A DNA stretch of 64,000 bases, from positions 80,793 to 144,792 of the forward strand of contig MQRK01207995.1 in NCBI GenBank assembly GCA_001938485.1, read 5' to 3'. The DNA comes from Girardia tigrina. Taxonomy: Eukaryota. Shown here in pieces: positions 1 to 13,424 of the stretch. Within the stretch, counting starts at the first letter, position 1, and every line of letters begins with the position of its first letter. Position numbers and translations under genes: made by a program. The notes under the pieces are model-generated. The model was not told the origin of the DNA and ran no database searches. It saw only the letters and a list, made by a program, of their open reading frames with translations.

Positions 1-736
1 TCGTTAAATATGATTTAAATGAAATAGAAAATTAAGTGAATGAAGTTGTCGAGATAGCAGAAAATATTGGGATACAGGGTAAAAATTTGATATTCGAAGA
101 AATTATACCAGAATTTGAAATGCTGGCGGTTGAAGATTTACGCAACGTTATAATTGAAGAGTTTTATGATGATTATCCAATTGAAGAAGATGTGATCGAA
201 CCCGATAATGTGGAAATAAATAATAATATCATTGGAATTCTAATATCTAATGACGAGGTAATAAATTATTTGACGAAATTAATAACTTATGCAAAAGAAA
301 AATATATGTATGAAGGGGAATTAAATTTGTTAAAAATGAAACAGGATGTTATTTCTCAACATAAGAAGAATTTGAACCAAAACTCAATTATAGATTTTTT
401 TATAAAAAAATAAATGTTGATTGATGCTTTAATTGATCCATTATATTTTAAACTTTTTACATCGTTACAAAATTTTACATCTTTTCTCTAAACGTTAAAA
501 AAATTATATTACTATCATTTGGTGAAATCTATTTATATTCCAAAAAAATATCAAGTGATTTTCTTGTAAAATTTAATAATTAGTAAATATAATACTTTTG
601 ATCTATAATTTTATTTTACATTGCCTTTTATTTCTAGAAAAAATGCACCAAAAACTTTATGTTACATTCTATATAAGGTACATTTTCGAAAAATTTTCTT
701 GAAAAATAGGATGAACCTTATGGGGAGGTTTCACTG
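1..736 (+). mobile_element. 3' end of a pogo/Tigger-like DNA transposon (transposase C-terminus plus right TIR)
   Basis: ORF ends in QNSIIDFF (PIP-box-like pogo C-terminus); terminus ...GGAGGTTTCACTG followed by TA. Confidence 0.7.
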
Positions 737-1285
737 TATACAAATAAGAAATGAGCAACAACACATTGTTATATCATTTAAGCAAGGTCTTATTGTAACA
801 TTTAGCGCTTATTGTGAACATATTATCTAGACATAACATATACCATCTAAAATGATTTAAGATTAAAAAAACTGTTTTATTTAAAAGGTAGAATCACAAA
901 CAAAGGAGTGTCAATGATATTTTCATTAATGGTTTCTAATTTTTTAAATTTTCCGAAAAAATGCACAAATATTTGTTGTTGTTGTGCTCGATTATTTAAT
1001 ATTTTTTTAAAATAAATTATCAACTTTGAATATTTATTCATGTGTATTTTGGTATGATGACTTGGTTCCGTAAACATACCAACAAAACTTTTAAATACAA
1101 ATTTTGGGTCAATGTGGAAATATATTCAAAGTATTGTTTTATAAGTTATTCCTAAATCAAAATCACTAAAAAATGTCCAATACTCAAAATATTCAAAATA
1201 ATGTAATAAAATTCAAATTAAAAATCTTTTCTTTGATAGGAGAATTAAAAGAACAGGAAACATTTATCAACTTCTGTGAAATTAC

Positions 1286-1609
1286 CTTTATTGTTTGAAG
1301 TCTCTTGGAATTAACATCATGGTTCTTATATCCTTCAGTTATCATTGATTCCAGCTCCCTATCCGTATCCGTTATCCAACTTTGAATTTGATTACTCAAA
1401 GTGTCCAAAGACGCCCAAAAATCGAGAAGACGATTCATTCGGTTTTTAATTTCATTGAATTTTTCTTTATAATTATTCCAATTCTTTTTTAAAGCTAAAG
1501 ACATTTCATTAATTATTCTTTCTGATTCAAAGAAAATTGAAAGTTTGTTGGACATTTGCATTGAATCCTCAACCATTCGATCACCCTCTGGTATTTGTGA
1601 TTCAAGTAA
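1286..1609 (-). CDS. Spectrin-repeat gene exon (last traced), LLESQIPEG...LQTIK
   Basis: ttcag|TTA, AAG|gtaat, 324 nt; W-containing spectrin motifs. Confidence 0.85.
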
Positions 1610-4600
1610 CTGAATTTATGAAACAAATCAAAGTTTTTCTTTCTTTTGAATTACTTAGAAAAAGTAAAATGAATATCAATTAGATTCAGAAATTTATTAA
1701 GTGTATCAAGATTTTTATTTGGAGATTAACAATAAATGAAATTCATTCATTAAAAAAATATATTTAACTACGTAACCGGATGTTTTATCACCGGACGATT
1801 CATCACATTTTTATTTTTCTAGTGGACGATTCACCACCGGATGTTTCATTACCGGCCGATTAATCACACTTTAAATGAAATTATAATAATTTTTTATTAA
1901 ATAATTCACCATACACTAAATAAAATTTTATAAATTAAAAGTAATCACATTTTTATTTTTGCCGAATGATTTTTTTATTAAACAATTCATCATATTTTAA
2001 ATGAAATTTTACAAATTAAAGCCTTCAGTCATTGCTCTTATGCCGGTTAATAATTTTATATATCCATCAATCATCCATCAATGTTGACTTTTCTTCAGGG
2101 AATAATCAATGAAATGGCTATGCAGACTGGAAGTTTTTATTGGCCGCAGCAGGAAGTCATAGAGGACCAAAGAAACAATATGTAATACTTTAAGAGCAGA
2201 TCAGGAGTGCAGTTGAAAGTTGCATGAGAACAAGTCGTTTGATGTTTTTAAGTTATACTGCTAATAAATATTGTAATTCTTATATTCTTGTAATATAAGT
2301 ATATTTATATATATTTTATCTTAATTCATTAGTCATAATTTTAATTCAGTATTGGTCAATCAGTGATAAGATGTGTCTTAAAAATAGTTTGTTGTGAAAG
2401 TTATCGAATTTAGTACGAATTATCGTTAAAATAATTGTTTTTATTAATTTCAAAATTAAAGCAGGTTTGATGAATCATCCGCGAGAAAAATAAAAAAAGA
2501 GATGATTCATCCGATGGTAAAAAGTCCTAGAATCTTAACTATAATATACTTTGAGGGACCAACCGTCATCTTCAGGTGACGGAATAATAATTTAATTCAT
2601 CTATAAATAAATGTAAAAATAATGCTTATGTAATCGTTTACATGAACTTAGGCTCATAAAAAATTCTCAATCAGTTGGTTGAGACTGCCTATTTAACATT
2701 GATTTTAAGGCAAGGTTACCTAAATAACAAGACTTTATGCGACAATCTCTCCCAATAAGAGCAATTTTGCAGAACATAAGAAAATATGTAAATGTGATAT
2801 TAATAAATTTGAGATTCTGTGTTAGCATTTCGATAGTTATCGGGAGAGGAGATGGTTTAATTTTAACAAGAGCAAAGGTATGTATTACTTTGAAATTTAA
2901 GAAAATGATTATTAAAACTAAGTCTACCTGAAGCTCGTTAAAGAGTTTTTGATACTCGCTAAATGAAGCAACATTGCGCAATTGATCAAATGGTGAAAGA
3001 TCTGTCTTCATCGAATTTATCAGATCAACAGTTGCCTGATACTGACGATCAAACCCCATCTTTTCGGTAATAATTTGAGCAAGTGAATCTATTTGAGACT
3101 AAAATATAACACAATAATTATGTAAATATTAATAATAACAATAATAATAATATAATGTTTGTAATGACATAACTGTTCTCAAAATATAATAATATTACAC
3201 TAAGATGATGTCACGTCTCATCATATCATCTGAGTTCGAATTAAAGTGATTTTATATTTAATGAAATCACCTGAATATGCAATTGTAATATCAGATTGCA
3301 TTGAATGAACTGATCCAAGGATTTATTTTATAATATTGCTTCAATATAAAAGGAATAATTATTTCGTTACGTTCAGTTATTGAACCATGCTTGCGTTTAA
3401 ATAGATTTTATTATGAAATTTCTGTTCTTTACAATTTTAGCAGAATTCGAGAAAGATTCAACAAATCTCTTTCCTAAATCTCGGGAATTCTAGGTCAGTG
3501 ATGATGGTTCACCATCTCAAAGTTTGATTCAAAAACAAAAACAACTGCTCAGACATGGTCAAGTATCTCATCAGCAATCTTCCTTCTGAAATCCTCCAGA
3601 ATTTCGACTCCAACGCTGCGAAATGCCTCAATTCTTTAAGGCAATATAAAGAATTGCAAATATTGATTTTTAATTCTTCTAGCCGATCACAATTCGATTT
3701 ATTTAGCAAATATTTCCAAGCTCAAACATCGGGTAATTTTACAGTCTCATAATTTATTTCAAAAACTATTTCGGAATTAAACTCATTTTAACCTAACAGT
3801 CATTCAAATTCAGAACTCGTGAAGCAATTATTTCTAGTCACTAAGCTAGTTCACATTTGTCCATATTATCCGGCTCCAATGAATCCCAGCTTTTTGATTT
3901 GGCCACAATTGCTGATCGTGTTCTTCAAAAATCAACAAAACAAATGTTCCACCGACCCTCAGGTTGCCACGAGAATCGGACGGAGGCAGCAGGGTTACGC
4001 AGTGAACTCTTTCCGATTTGATTGTGCTGGGCCCATTAATTGAGAGTGCCGTCGAATCCCAGACATGCGGTAATCGAGCTGTCTATTCGGCAGATCAATC
4101 GATCTAGGTTGGTATAAGCCGGCCGTTCGATATCGAGATTCTGGCCGCAGATATCGTAAATCGCTTCATTGTCCACCACAAACGCACAATCGAGTGTTCG
4201 AGAGTCGTATGAGTCATCAAGACCAAATCGTATAATTCAACGACTACAGTAGCGATCTGCGGAGCCGGATAAACGGCGAATTCGAGTTTCGACCTCCTTT
4301 CGCAACCGACACAATTTGAAAAGCCCTTTATAAGTCTGTAATTCATATTTTTCTTCTTTTCAAAAAATCAAAAAAAAACAATTGAAAACACGAAATCAAT
4401 CCACTCAAATTCAAAATCAATAATCCATCAATTTTTCCAGAAAATGTTTTCAGTTAATTTAATTTGTAAAATAAAACAAATTTCAAGATCGAAAAACTTT
4501 CACCTTTTTCAATGAATTTTTTACCTTAAAAATATAAAACAATTTTTTTGAATCGATATAACCGTCATAATAAAATTTCAATGAAAACAATTGTAAAATT

Positions 4601-5369
4601 GACGATGGAAAAATTTCGGTTTCGTTTTTCAATAATTATTCGATTGGATTATGATTCCAATCGACCGATTTCAGATATTGATTTAATAAGTATTTTTTTA
4701 GGAGATTGAATTTTTCTTTTCTCGATGATATAAATAATAATAATAATAATAAATCTAAAATATAATAATTTTAATATTGAATTCTGAACACCAAAGATCC
4801 ACAAATATCCAGACCTATGCTTCACAGTTGAAGAATTCTGCAAATAAGTCAAGTTATTAACGACTTAAAATGTGACTGACAATTTATGTAAACCGGTCAG
4901 ATTCACATTCTCTCATCTGAAAACCCTTCAAAGCGGATGGTGCAGATGTCATTGTCCCGGCTGTATCAGATACCATATAAGCTCTAAGGATGTTGGGACT
5001 GCCTGGTAGATCATGTCAACCTCTGGAAAACTGATCATCTCTAACACAGACGGATGTATCCTATTATGTCATAAATTACTAGAGAAACTGTGAAGATCCG
5101 TTTTGACGTATCCCAATTAAGCAATGATAGTTTCGGTGATATATTGTAAACCAGCATAATCACAAGTTTTAAATCCTTTAGGTTTATAGTTTTTTGTGTG
5201 ACTTTTTCATGTTGGAGTAGGCCTCCTCCCCGCGGCAACCCGCGCTAATGACTCATAGAGCCTGTAAGGAGCCGAGTCGGTAACTTTACTGACACTGTTT
5301 CTATTTTCGTTATTTCCTGTTTGTAAAAGATTTTCAGTGATATCGAATCGCATTATAAATGAATCTCAG

Positions 5370-5417
<48 letters not shown>

Positions 5418-8400
5418 TCTTACAATTATTATACATATGATGCTAATTTAAATCAAATGCAAAGTCATAATATTTACATACATAGGTATTAGTTCATAAT
5501 ATGTACGCATTAATTCATTTAACATATGGTAGAATAATGGTTTGATAATATATGTTAGTTAAAATTACTTTGCAATCTATTTCATGGCCATCTAACTGAT
5601 CTGAAAGGTCCTGTAGAACGAAGTCAATCTGAGGTTCTTGTGACATTTCCATAAGTAAATGCATTTGAGTTGAAAATAGTTCCAAATTTGATTTTTCTTG
5701 TACAATATCATTGAGTAATAGCTATGTGAAAATTAGAATGAACAAATTTTTATTATTAATAATGCAAAAATAATAGCATAAATAACAACAAATTCCAATT
5801 AAAATGAGTTTATCTTCGTGAAGCAGTCATTTACTTTATTCATCGTTTCATATGATAAACTCAGGTGAAGGAATTGCTTGCACGACGAATAAACGAACGA
5901 TGGAAAAAGGCATCAAGTTTGTTACAATTTTCGCATAAACAGAATCAAGTAGAATTAAATAATTAAAATGGTGAATTAAATTTAGACCCATCACTAAAAT
6001 TTAAGACAGAGTTTGCATTTTTGCTTGTTAAGCTATCAAATTGATCAAAAGTAAAGACTCGTACGATTCTGATTCATAATAAAAAGTCATGGAAGAAGAT
6101 AATCCTAGCTTAACTTTACAAGAAAAACTGGAATATGCAATACAAAGAGACAGAAATTCTAATATTACTCCCAAAGTTCGAATATGAAAAAATGTTACAA
6201 ACATTATAAAAAAATTTAATTATTGAAATTGATAGCAGACGGGGATCAAGCCATGAAAGATGTTATAACAACTTATATTCAATACCCTCAGGTAGTAAAA
6301 GTCAGAACGAGTTATTTCTTAATGTGGAAAAATTTCTACAAAAATAAGGTCCTTCTTGAACGATGAAACTTTTGATATGTTATGCTTTTTAAGATCTTAC
6401 TTCAAGTCCGATAAGAAATAATAAATAAGTTATATGTTTGATTTTTGTTTGAAAAATAAATCAAATATTGATGTCCAAAATTTTTCCTATTTTGCATTTC
6501 CGTTAACATTTTCAAGTTTTCTTTGAACCGCAGCAGAAGCGGGTACCCGGTTATGAATAAATTCAACAACAGAAAAACTGGTATAAAACTTACTGTTTTG
6601 CATATCTAACTCAAGTCATGTATAACTCGATTATCAACCTTTATTTATTCTTTAACCCGATAATCAGGCAGATTTACTTTATCATAATTAAATATGTTTG
6701 TAAAAAATAAAAGATTCACCTCTTTATATTTTTATTGAGGAATCTGTTATTTTTTAACTATAAAACGAAATTGAACCAAACAAGTTTACCAAACGGAAAG
6801 TGGTTTGATGAACTTGTCTAATGTTATGTATAGAGAAATGAAAAAATAAACCGACAACCAGAACGGAAACTATTATTTTGAATTCCAACTGATAACCGTA
6901 TAACTCGACAAAAATTACTCCCTAGAATACACAGATTGTTAACGATAAATCAGTCAATGAAGATAGGGATATTTTTCGGCAAAACTGGAATGTTAATGGA
7001 TAGAAAATGATTAATATTCGCCAATATTCGGTTGATGAATTGTAAATAAGTGGACGGCAAATAATGTTATTTCCTTCTGATAATTCCTTAGTTAGCGATA
7101 AGTAATTGTAATTAATATTCATTTGTGCATTGATTTCAATTTTTATCTAAATTCATAATTGAAATTTCTATGCCAAACATAATATAAAATATAATGCCAA
7201 ATATAATTATCTTTTCTTCCTCTCCTTATTCTTCTTTATAAATAAAAAGGATCTTCTTTTTCTTTTCTTAAATAGTTTCTTGGGAACAAAATAAAAATGT
7301 ACATTTTCAGTAAACATAACATACGACACATTCCATAACATATAAAAAATAAAAAATGTGCATTTACAATGTTTTTCCTAAACGTATTCAAAATCGAGTA
7401 CAATGAGTCATGTATCCATTAATAAACAGATATCAGGCAACATATAAACATCTCAATTCTTTGCATGGTACGAGTAATGTTTTCACATAAATCATTCCTT
7501 ATTTACAGGACATGTTATTCAAATGTTGTTGTTGTTTAAAACTGGTCTTAAGTCACGTTGCTTCATGTCTCTTCTAACAAAGGATATTTATAGATACATT
7601 TCAGCCGATTATATTCGTGTTAGACATAAACTGGCTGAACATCGTTTGGCTGGATCTGCCAGTACTTGAAATATTCAAGACTTATACAAATCATAATAAT
7701 AAAATTTTTAAAAGATTTAAGTATAATAATTACAAAATAAATATAAGCAAAATTAAAAATAAAAATATTCCAACCTTCATTTTATCAATTTCCATTTCCA
7801 TATTACTCGAGTAATTATATCTTACAATTTTAAACTTTTCTTTTCGACCAGCAAAACTTTTCAATTTTTTAGAGAAACCTTTAATATTTTTATTGTAAGT
7901 TCTCCATTGTTGCAAAATATCCTTCACAGAAGAATTGTAATTTTCAGCTGTTTTCGTTAAATTGAAATACTCGGCTTCCATTTTATTGATTTGGTTTTGG
8001 ATCTTTTCCTTGGAGTTTGTTTCACTGATATTTTTAATGAGAACATCAGCTTTTTCCACGGCAAGATTCATCATAGATTTACCGTCTTTATTAATAACTG
8101 AATAAATCTGTTTCAGTTTTTCACACCTTTCGTTAATTAAAGACTCTGAACCTCGAACATCGAAGTTTAAATTAATCAATTTATTTTGTTCTTCTAGCCA
8201 GAGTCCAAGATCGGAGACTGATGTTTGATAATTCTGATTAAGGTCTAAAAGAGAGTTGGTCTTCTTTTTCTTTTTAGTTAAGATATCGGATGCAGATTTC
8301 AATTTCTTTTCCACCAAAGTTAACCACTCTTTAATCGTTTCGTTTTGATTGCTTTTATAATCATTTACAGATCTGACGAATATGGTTGATTTCTGATTTA

Positions 8401-11400
8401 GTTCTTGGGTGAAATATTCCATTTCATTTAAAAAGCTTTGCAAGGATGATATCTGAATTTCAGATGTTGGATTTTGCTTTGAAACTTCTTCAATCAATCC
8501 ATCGAGACTTAGGGATAGATTCTCCATCGTATTTCGTATTTGATTTTCTTGAATTCTTTCAGAAGTATAAGACGATTTGAAGTCATTATATGAATCTACA
8601 GCATTGTCGTAGATTTTAATACAATCTAAGTAATCTATTGATAAATCTTTTTTGCCATTGTCACTTGTTTCCACCATCACTTCCTTGAACGACGTATTGA
8701 GGACTAATTTTAAATCTTCATTCTTAATAATTTTATTATCTAATATTTCAAATTCTTCTCTTAAATCATTGAGACTTTGTGAGTTTTCCTTTCTTTCTTT
8801 AATATCTTTTATTTCTTCCTCAAATGCACTGGTCATTTCCTTAAACTTATTAATTTGACTTATGTAAAGTTCATGAGTTCCCAACCATTTTCCAAGAGTT
8901 TCCACCCGTTGCTGTGTTGACGTTACCAAAGCCGAATATCTGATTTGAATGCCTTTAATGTTATGGTTTAAAATAAAATTCAAAGGGAACTTCTTTCCAT
9001 TTTCTATTAAATCATCGAGTTTTAATTTATGATCATAAATACTTAGAAGATGGTTTTGACATTTTTCTAAACTATTCTCCTTTTCTTCAAATGTTGCAAG
9101 CAAACTTTTATTATTAAACAGACCCTCTTTTTCACTTAACCAAGTTTCGAATTCCTTAAAATTCATTTCATACTCTTGTAAATAAGCTTTTTCCTGTTCA
9201 AATTTATTTATTTTGTTTTTTAAAATATCATAAAGGGTTTCGTATTTTGCACAAATTTGTCTTACTGTTTCATCGATACATTTTTGTCCCTCTGACGACA
9301 ATGACTGAATAAAACTATTTTTATAGCCATTTAAGCTAGAAATTTTTGATTTTCCTTCCATTAGTTCCATTTGAAGAGAAAGATGATCTTTAATCTCATC
9401 ATTAAGTTCCTCAACCGAACAATCAAATTTTGATGAAATACTTGAAAGTTTATTTTCAATTGTTTCTAACCATTTCATCAATTCTTCGCTTTTTTTGTCG
9501 AATTCCGTCTGACTATCAAGAGCCAACTTTGCTTCTGAAACTTCAAAGTTAATTTCTTGAATCATCTCTCGATATCTCTTCGACATTTCCGTTCCATCAT
9601 CATCGGATTTCAAATCTCTCATTGTATCTAAGTGTTTATTCATTTCCTCTTTCCAATCTTTAGCTTCACTTTGAAGCTTTTTGTTGTCAAAATATTTCTT
9701 TCTTTTTTGAGCAACATTGTCTGCATTTTCTTTCTTAAACGTGTTTAAAGAATCTTTAATCTTTTCCAACCAGTCGTTTAACATTTTACTTTGATTACTA
9801 AATTCAAGCATTTTGAATTCTTCCTTTTCTTTATCTAATCGGATTTTGGTATATAAATCTTCAAGCTTCTTTACATTCTTCTCTATTAGAGCCATTTTAT
9901 TACTTATTAGTTCCTTTCCTTCGGCGGAAGAGACATTTTGACACTCATTTCCTATACTATTCAGTTTTGTTAAAGAGTTTTTCAAATCCGACAAGCCAAA
10001 ATTTTCGATGTTTGATTTATCAAACTCAACATTCTGAATGTCATTCTTTTTATTTGCGATTTCTTTTAACAAATCTTTATAGCAAATCTCAAACTTCTCT
10101 TCGGAAATTATTGAACGAGTGTGTTGTTCGATCAGTTTGTCTACCTTTTCCCTTTGTGACCGGTTTTGTGACTCTAACTTTTTGATTATATTACTCAAAT
10201 TTTCACTGATAAATGAAATCGAAGTTTTATTTATCAATTTCTCTGCCACCTCATCAATTTCTGTTTCCAAATCAACAACTTCCTTCTTCAATTCCAGGGT
10301 CTTATTCAAAATTACTTTTTTATTCTCAATCGTTATTCCATAACCTTCCAAATTGGAAATTTCTTCATCAAATTCAAAGTTTCTTTTGCTAATTCTATGA
10401 ATCCTATCTTCAAGTGTGTTCCAATTTTGAAGATCTTTATTCAGTCTAACTTTAATTGACTTTAATTCCATTTCCAGTTGATCTCTTTCTTTTTGAAGGT
10501 TTTGTAGTTCTTCGACTTCCACAGCACAACCGATACGATCAACCGTTAAACCTTCTTCAATATTTCGTTTAACTGATGAAATTAAATTCAAATTTTTATC
10601 AATTTCTTTAATTTTATCTTCAAGATTTATTTTATTAATTGGAAATTCAATAAGAAAAGTTTGCTTCACTAAGTCAATACAGTGCATAGTTTCCCGGATA
10701 CTATGGATCAAAGATTCCAGTTGTTCTTGATTAATTATTGTCTTATTGACGTCTTTTATTAATTTATCAACATTATTTAAAGATTTTTCCACTAAATTCA
10801 GTTGTTGATACTTATCCTTTTCAACAAAATCCCTCAACCTTTTATGAGCAATCGATTTGACATTGATTTCATTCAACCGATCTTTTATCGAAGTCAACGC
10901 ACCATTCCAGCAACTCAAACTGTTCACCAAATTGAACTTCAACACCTTCTGATCAGATATTTCACGCAATTCTCCAATATTCAGCGAATCGAATTCATTC
11001 CGCATATCCGTCAACTTCCTATTCGTCTCTTGGACGGTTGTATGGATGTTATTAAACTGACCTTTAAATTCATTGGCATCATTTAAATATCTCTCAAAAT
11101 TTTGTTTCATTTTATTAAATTGAGTTTTATTTATTGATTGTTTTTCGTGAGAAAATTGACCGAATCTTTGATAGAGCGATTTGAGAGACTCAAGTAAGAC
11201 CTCAGTGTCCTGATGACGAGAAATGGTTCCATCGAGTTCGGATCTGATCATTGAACATGCTACAAGACTGTCGCACTCGGTGAAGTCATTGATAAGGGAA
11301 TTCAGTCGAGCTTCCATTTGCTTCAATACAAAATCGAGATTCTTTTCATCATTATCAAATTGATTCTGTAGCACCGTAAGTTGATCGCAGTCAGAACTGT

Positions 11401-13393
11401 ACCGTTCGATAACATTCATTAGGTCGCTTAGTTGATTCTGTTGCGACTTGGCTATATCTAAAGGGTATGAGTTCTTGGATGACTGTAAAATATCTAATCC
11501 CATATCATAAAGTTGTTTTATTTCTTTCGATAGTGATTTCGCGGTTTCTAACATTTTGTTGATGATTTTATGCTCCCATTGGGCGTTTGTTTGAACGTCT
11601 TGTCTTAAACGATTTAAACCTGATGATATTGACTCATATTTTAATTTGAAGCTTTCTAAGCATTTGTAGGCTTCTTCTAAATTCGATCGTACTGATTTCA
11701 GTTGTTCATCTAATGAATTTCTTTCACTGATAATTGTTTCCAATCTTTCTTTAAAGGCTTTCTGCTCGGAAGGACAACTGGTGGTTAAGGAACAATTGTA
11801 TGACTTTAGTAAATGATTGAAAATTTTATCAGCTTGGTGTTCGTTGTTCATGAGTTCCTGAAAAATAAATACTTTTTGATTTCTTATAAAAACTCAAATA
11901 TGAAACAAGAGAAAATATATTAATTTGAATTAAATTTTTTTTCGTATTGCCAAAATAAAAGGAAACTTAAGAATTAATTCAAAATAATAAGAAAATAAAA
12001 TAGTACAGTTTCTGATAGATCAAAGGAAAATAAAAGTATTATTTAACGGAACAATAAGCCAAACAATATGTTAATATATAATAAACATTTCGACTAGCAA
12101 TTATTATAATTCCATAGATCTAATCTCCAAATGAATATTATATTTATTGTTCTCCTTCTTGTGTTTTTATTGTAATGCAAATAGTTTTTTGTTACTTTAT
12201 CTTTTGTCTCGTTGACAATAATTAAATTACATTAACAATATTTAATAAAAAGGTTGACCAGACGTCTAAGTTTTGTGAGATTTGTTACGAATTTTCATCA
12301 TTTATCAGGATGTCCTATCTTTTAACATTCAAACAGAATTAGTTTCAGTTACTAAGACAATTTAATCACCCAATTGTACAGGGTGGCCCATAAGTCCCTA
12401 CCTTTTTTGGATACATCATAGGAAAGCGCTAACTTTTTATATCATATAATAATTGTTTGAACTTATTAACAAGGGTTTATTAACTTATTAACAATAATTT
12501 TAGCCCACGTTTAATTTATAATGAGTGATACTAGTCCATATTCTATTCCATATCGCGTGCTAGCAGCAGCATGGCTGTGACGATCTGACAAATCAAACCA
12601 GACCATGCGACAAGTAAAGGCAACGCTGCGAGCTCTTGCGACAATGCCTTATGAAGAATGATCAAGTGTAAAGTCATGTCGAAAACATTTCATACAATCA
12701 ACGAGCTTAAAGACGAGGTCAAACAGGACATTCACGCCATTCGGACATATACATTGCAGGCCATTCACAAGTGTACATTCCGACGCGTCCAATTATGCAT
12801 TAACAATGATGGATATCAGGTCGAAACCTTTGATCATTTACCTATATCCTCTGTAATAAATAAACTATGTTGCGTTGGATTCTTTTGTGTTTAAAAAAGA
12901 ATAGGAACTTATTGGTCACCATTTACATTCATCAATAAACTGGATATGCGATAGATTCAATTAAAATCTGTAGATTCTTATAATGAATAACTTATATCTG
13001 TAATCTGTTATAAAACAGTAAATAAATTACAAACTCATTTAATTTAAGTATTTACAAAGAAAAGAAAGCAAAAAGCTCAGTACAATAATATTAATAGCTG
13101 TATCTACGACAGTGACTGAACGTGTGAAAGTGTGGGAAATGTCCCGGTAATGTACCTATAATCTCGGACTATTTCGTCCTCAAAGCAACAAATGTTCCGG
13201 TTAGCCATTATCCATTTATGAGCTTATAGCACGTTTACATAATACAAAATTTATAACATTAATCATCAAAATTATGATTTATTCATTATAAGATGCTATT
13301 CAGTAATAAATTGAGATGATCAATTTTATTTTTAGCCTTTCTAGATTATGATTTATATAAATGAAAATCGTGTAATAATAATAATAATAATAA

Positions 13394-13424
<31 letters not shown>

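Noticed and set aside
3988-3998. TAACCCT in module A as a telomerase template
   Set aside because: Only 7 nt, not conserved in copy B (CAACCCT), and wrongly placed relative to the pseudoknot.
6527-6552. Helitron-like 3' hairpin CCGCAGCAGAAGCGG
   Set aside because: No CTRR terminus and no matching 5' end; too short to call.
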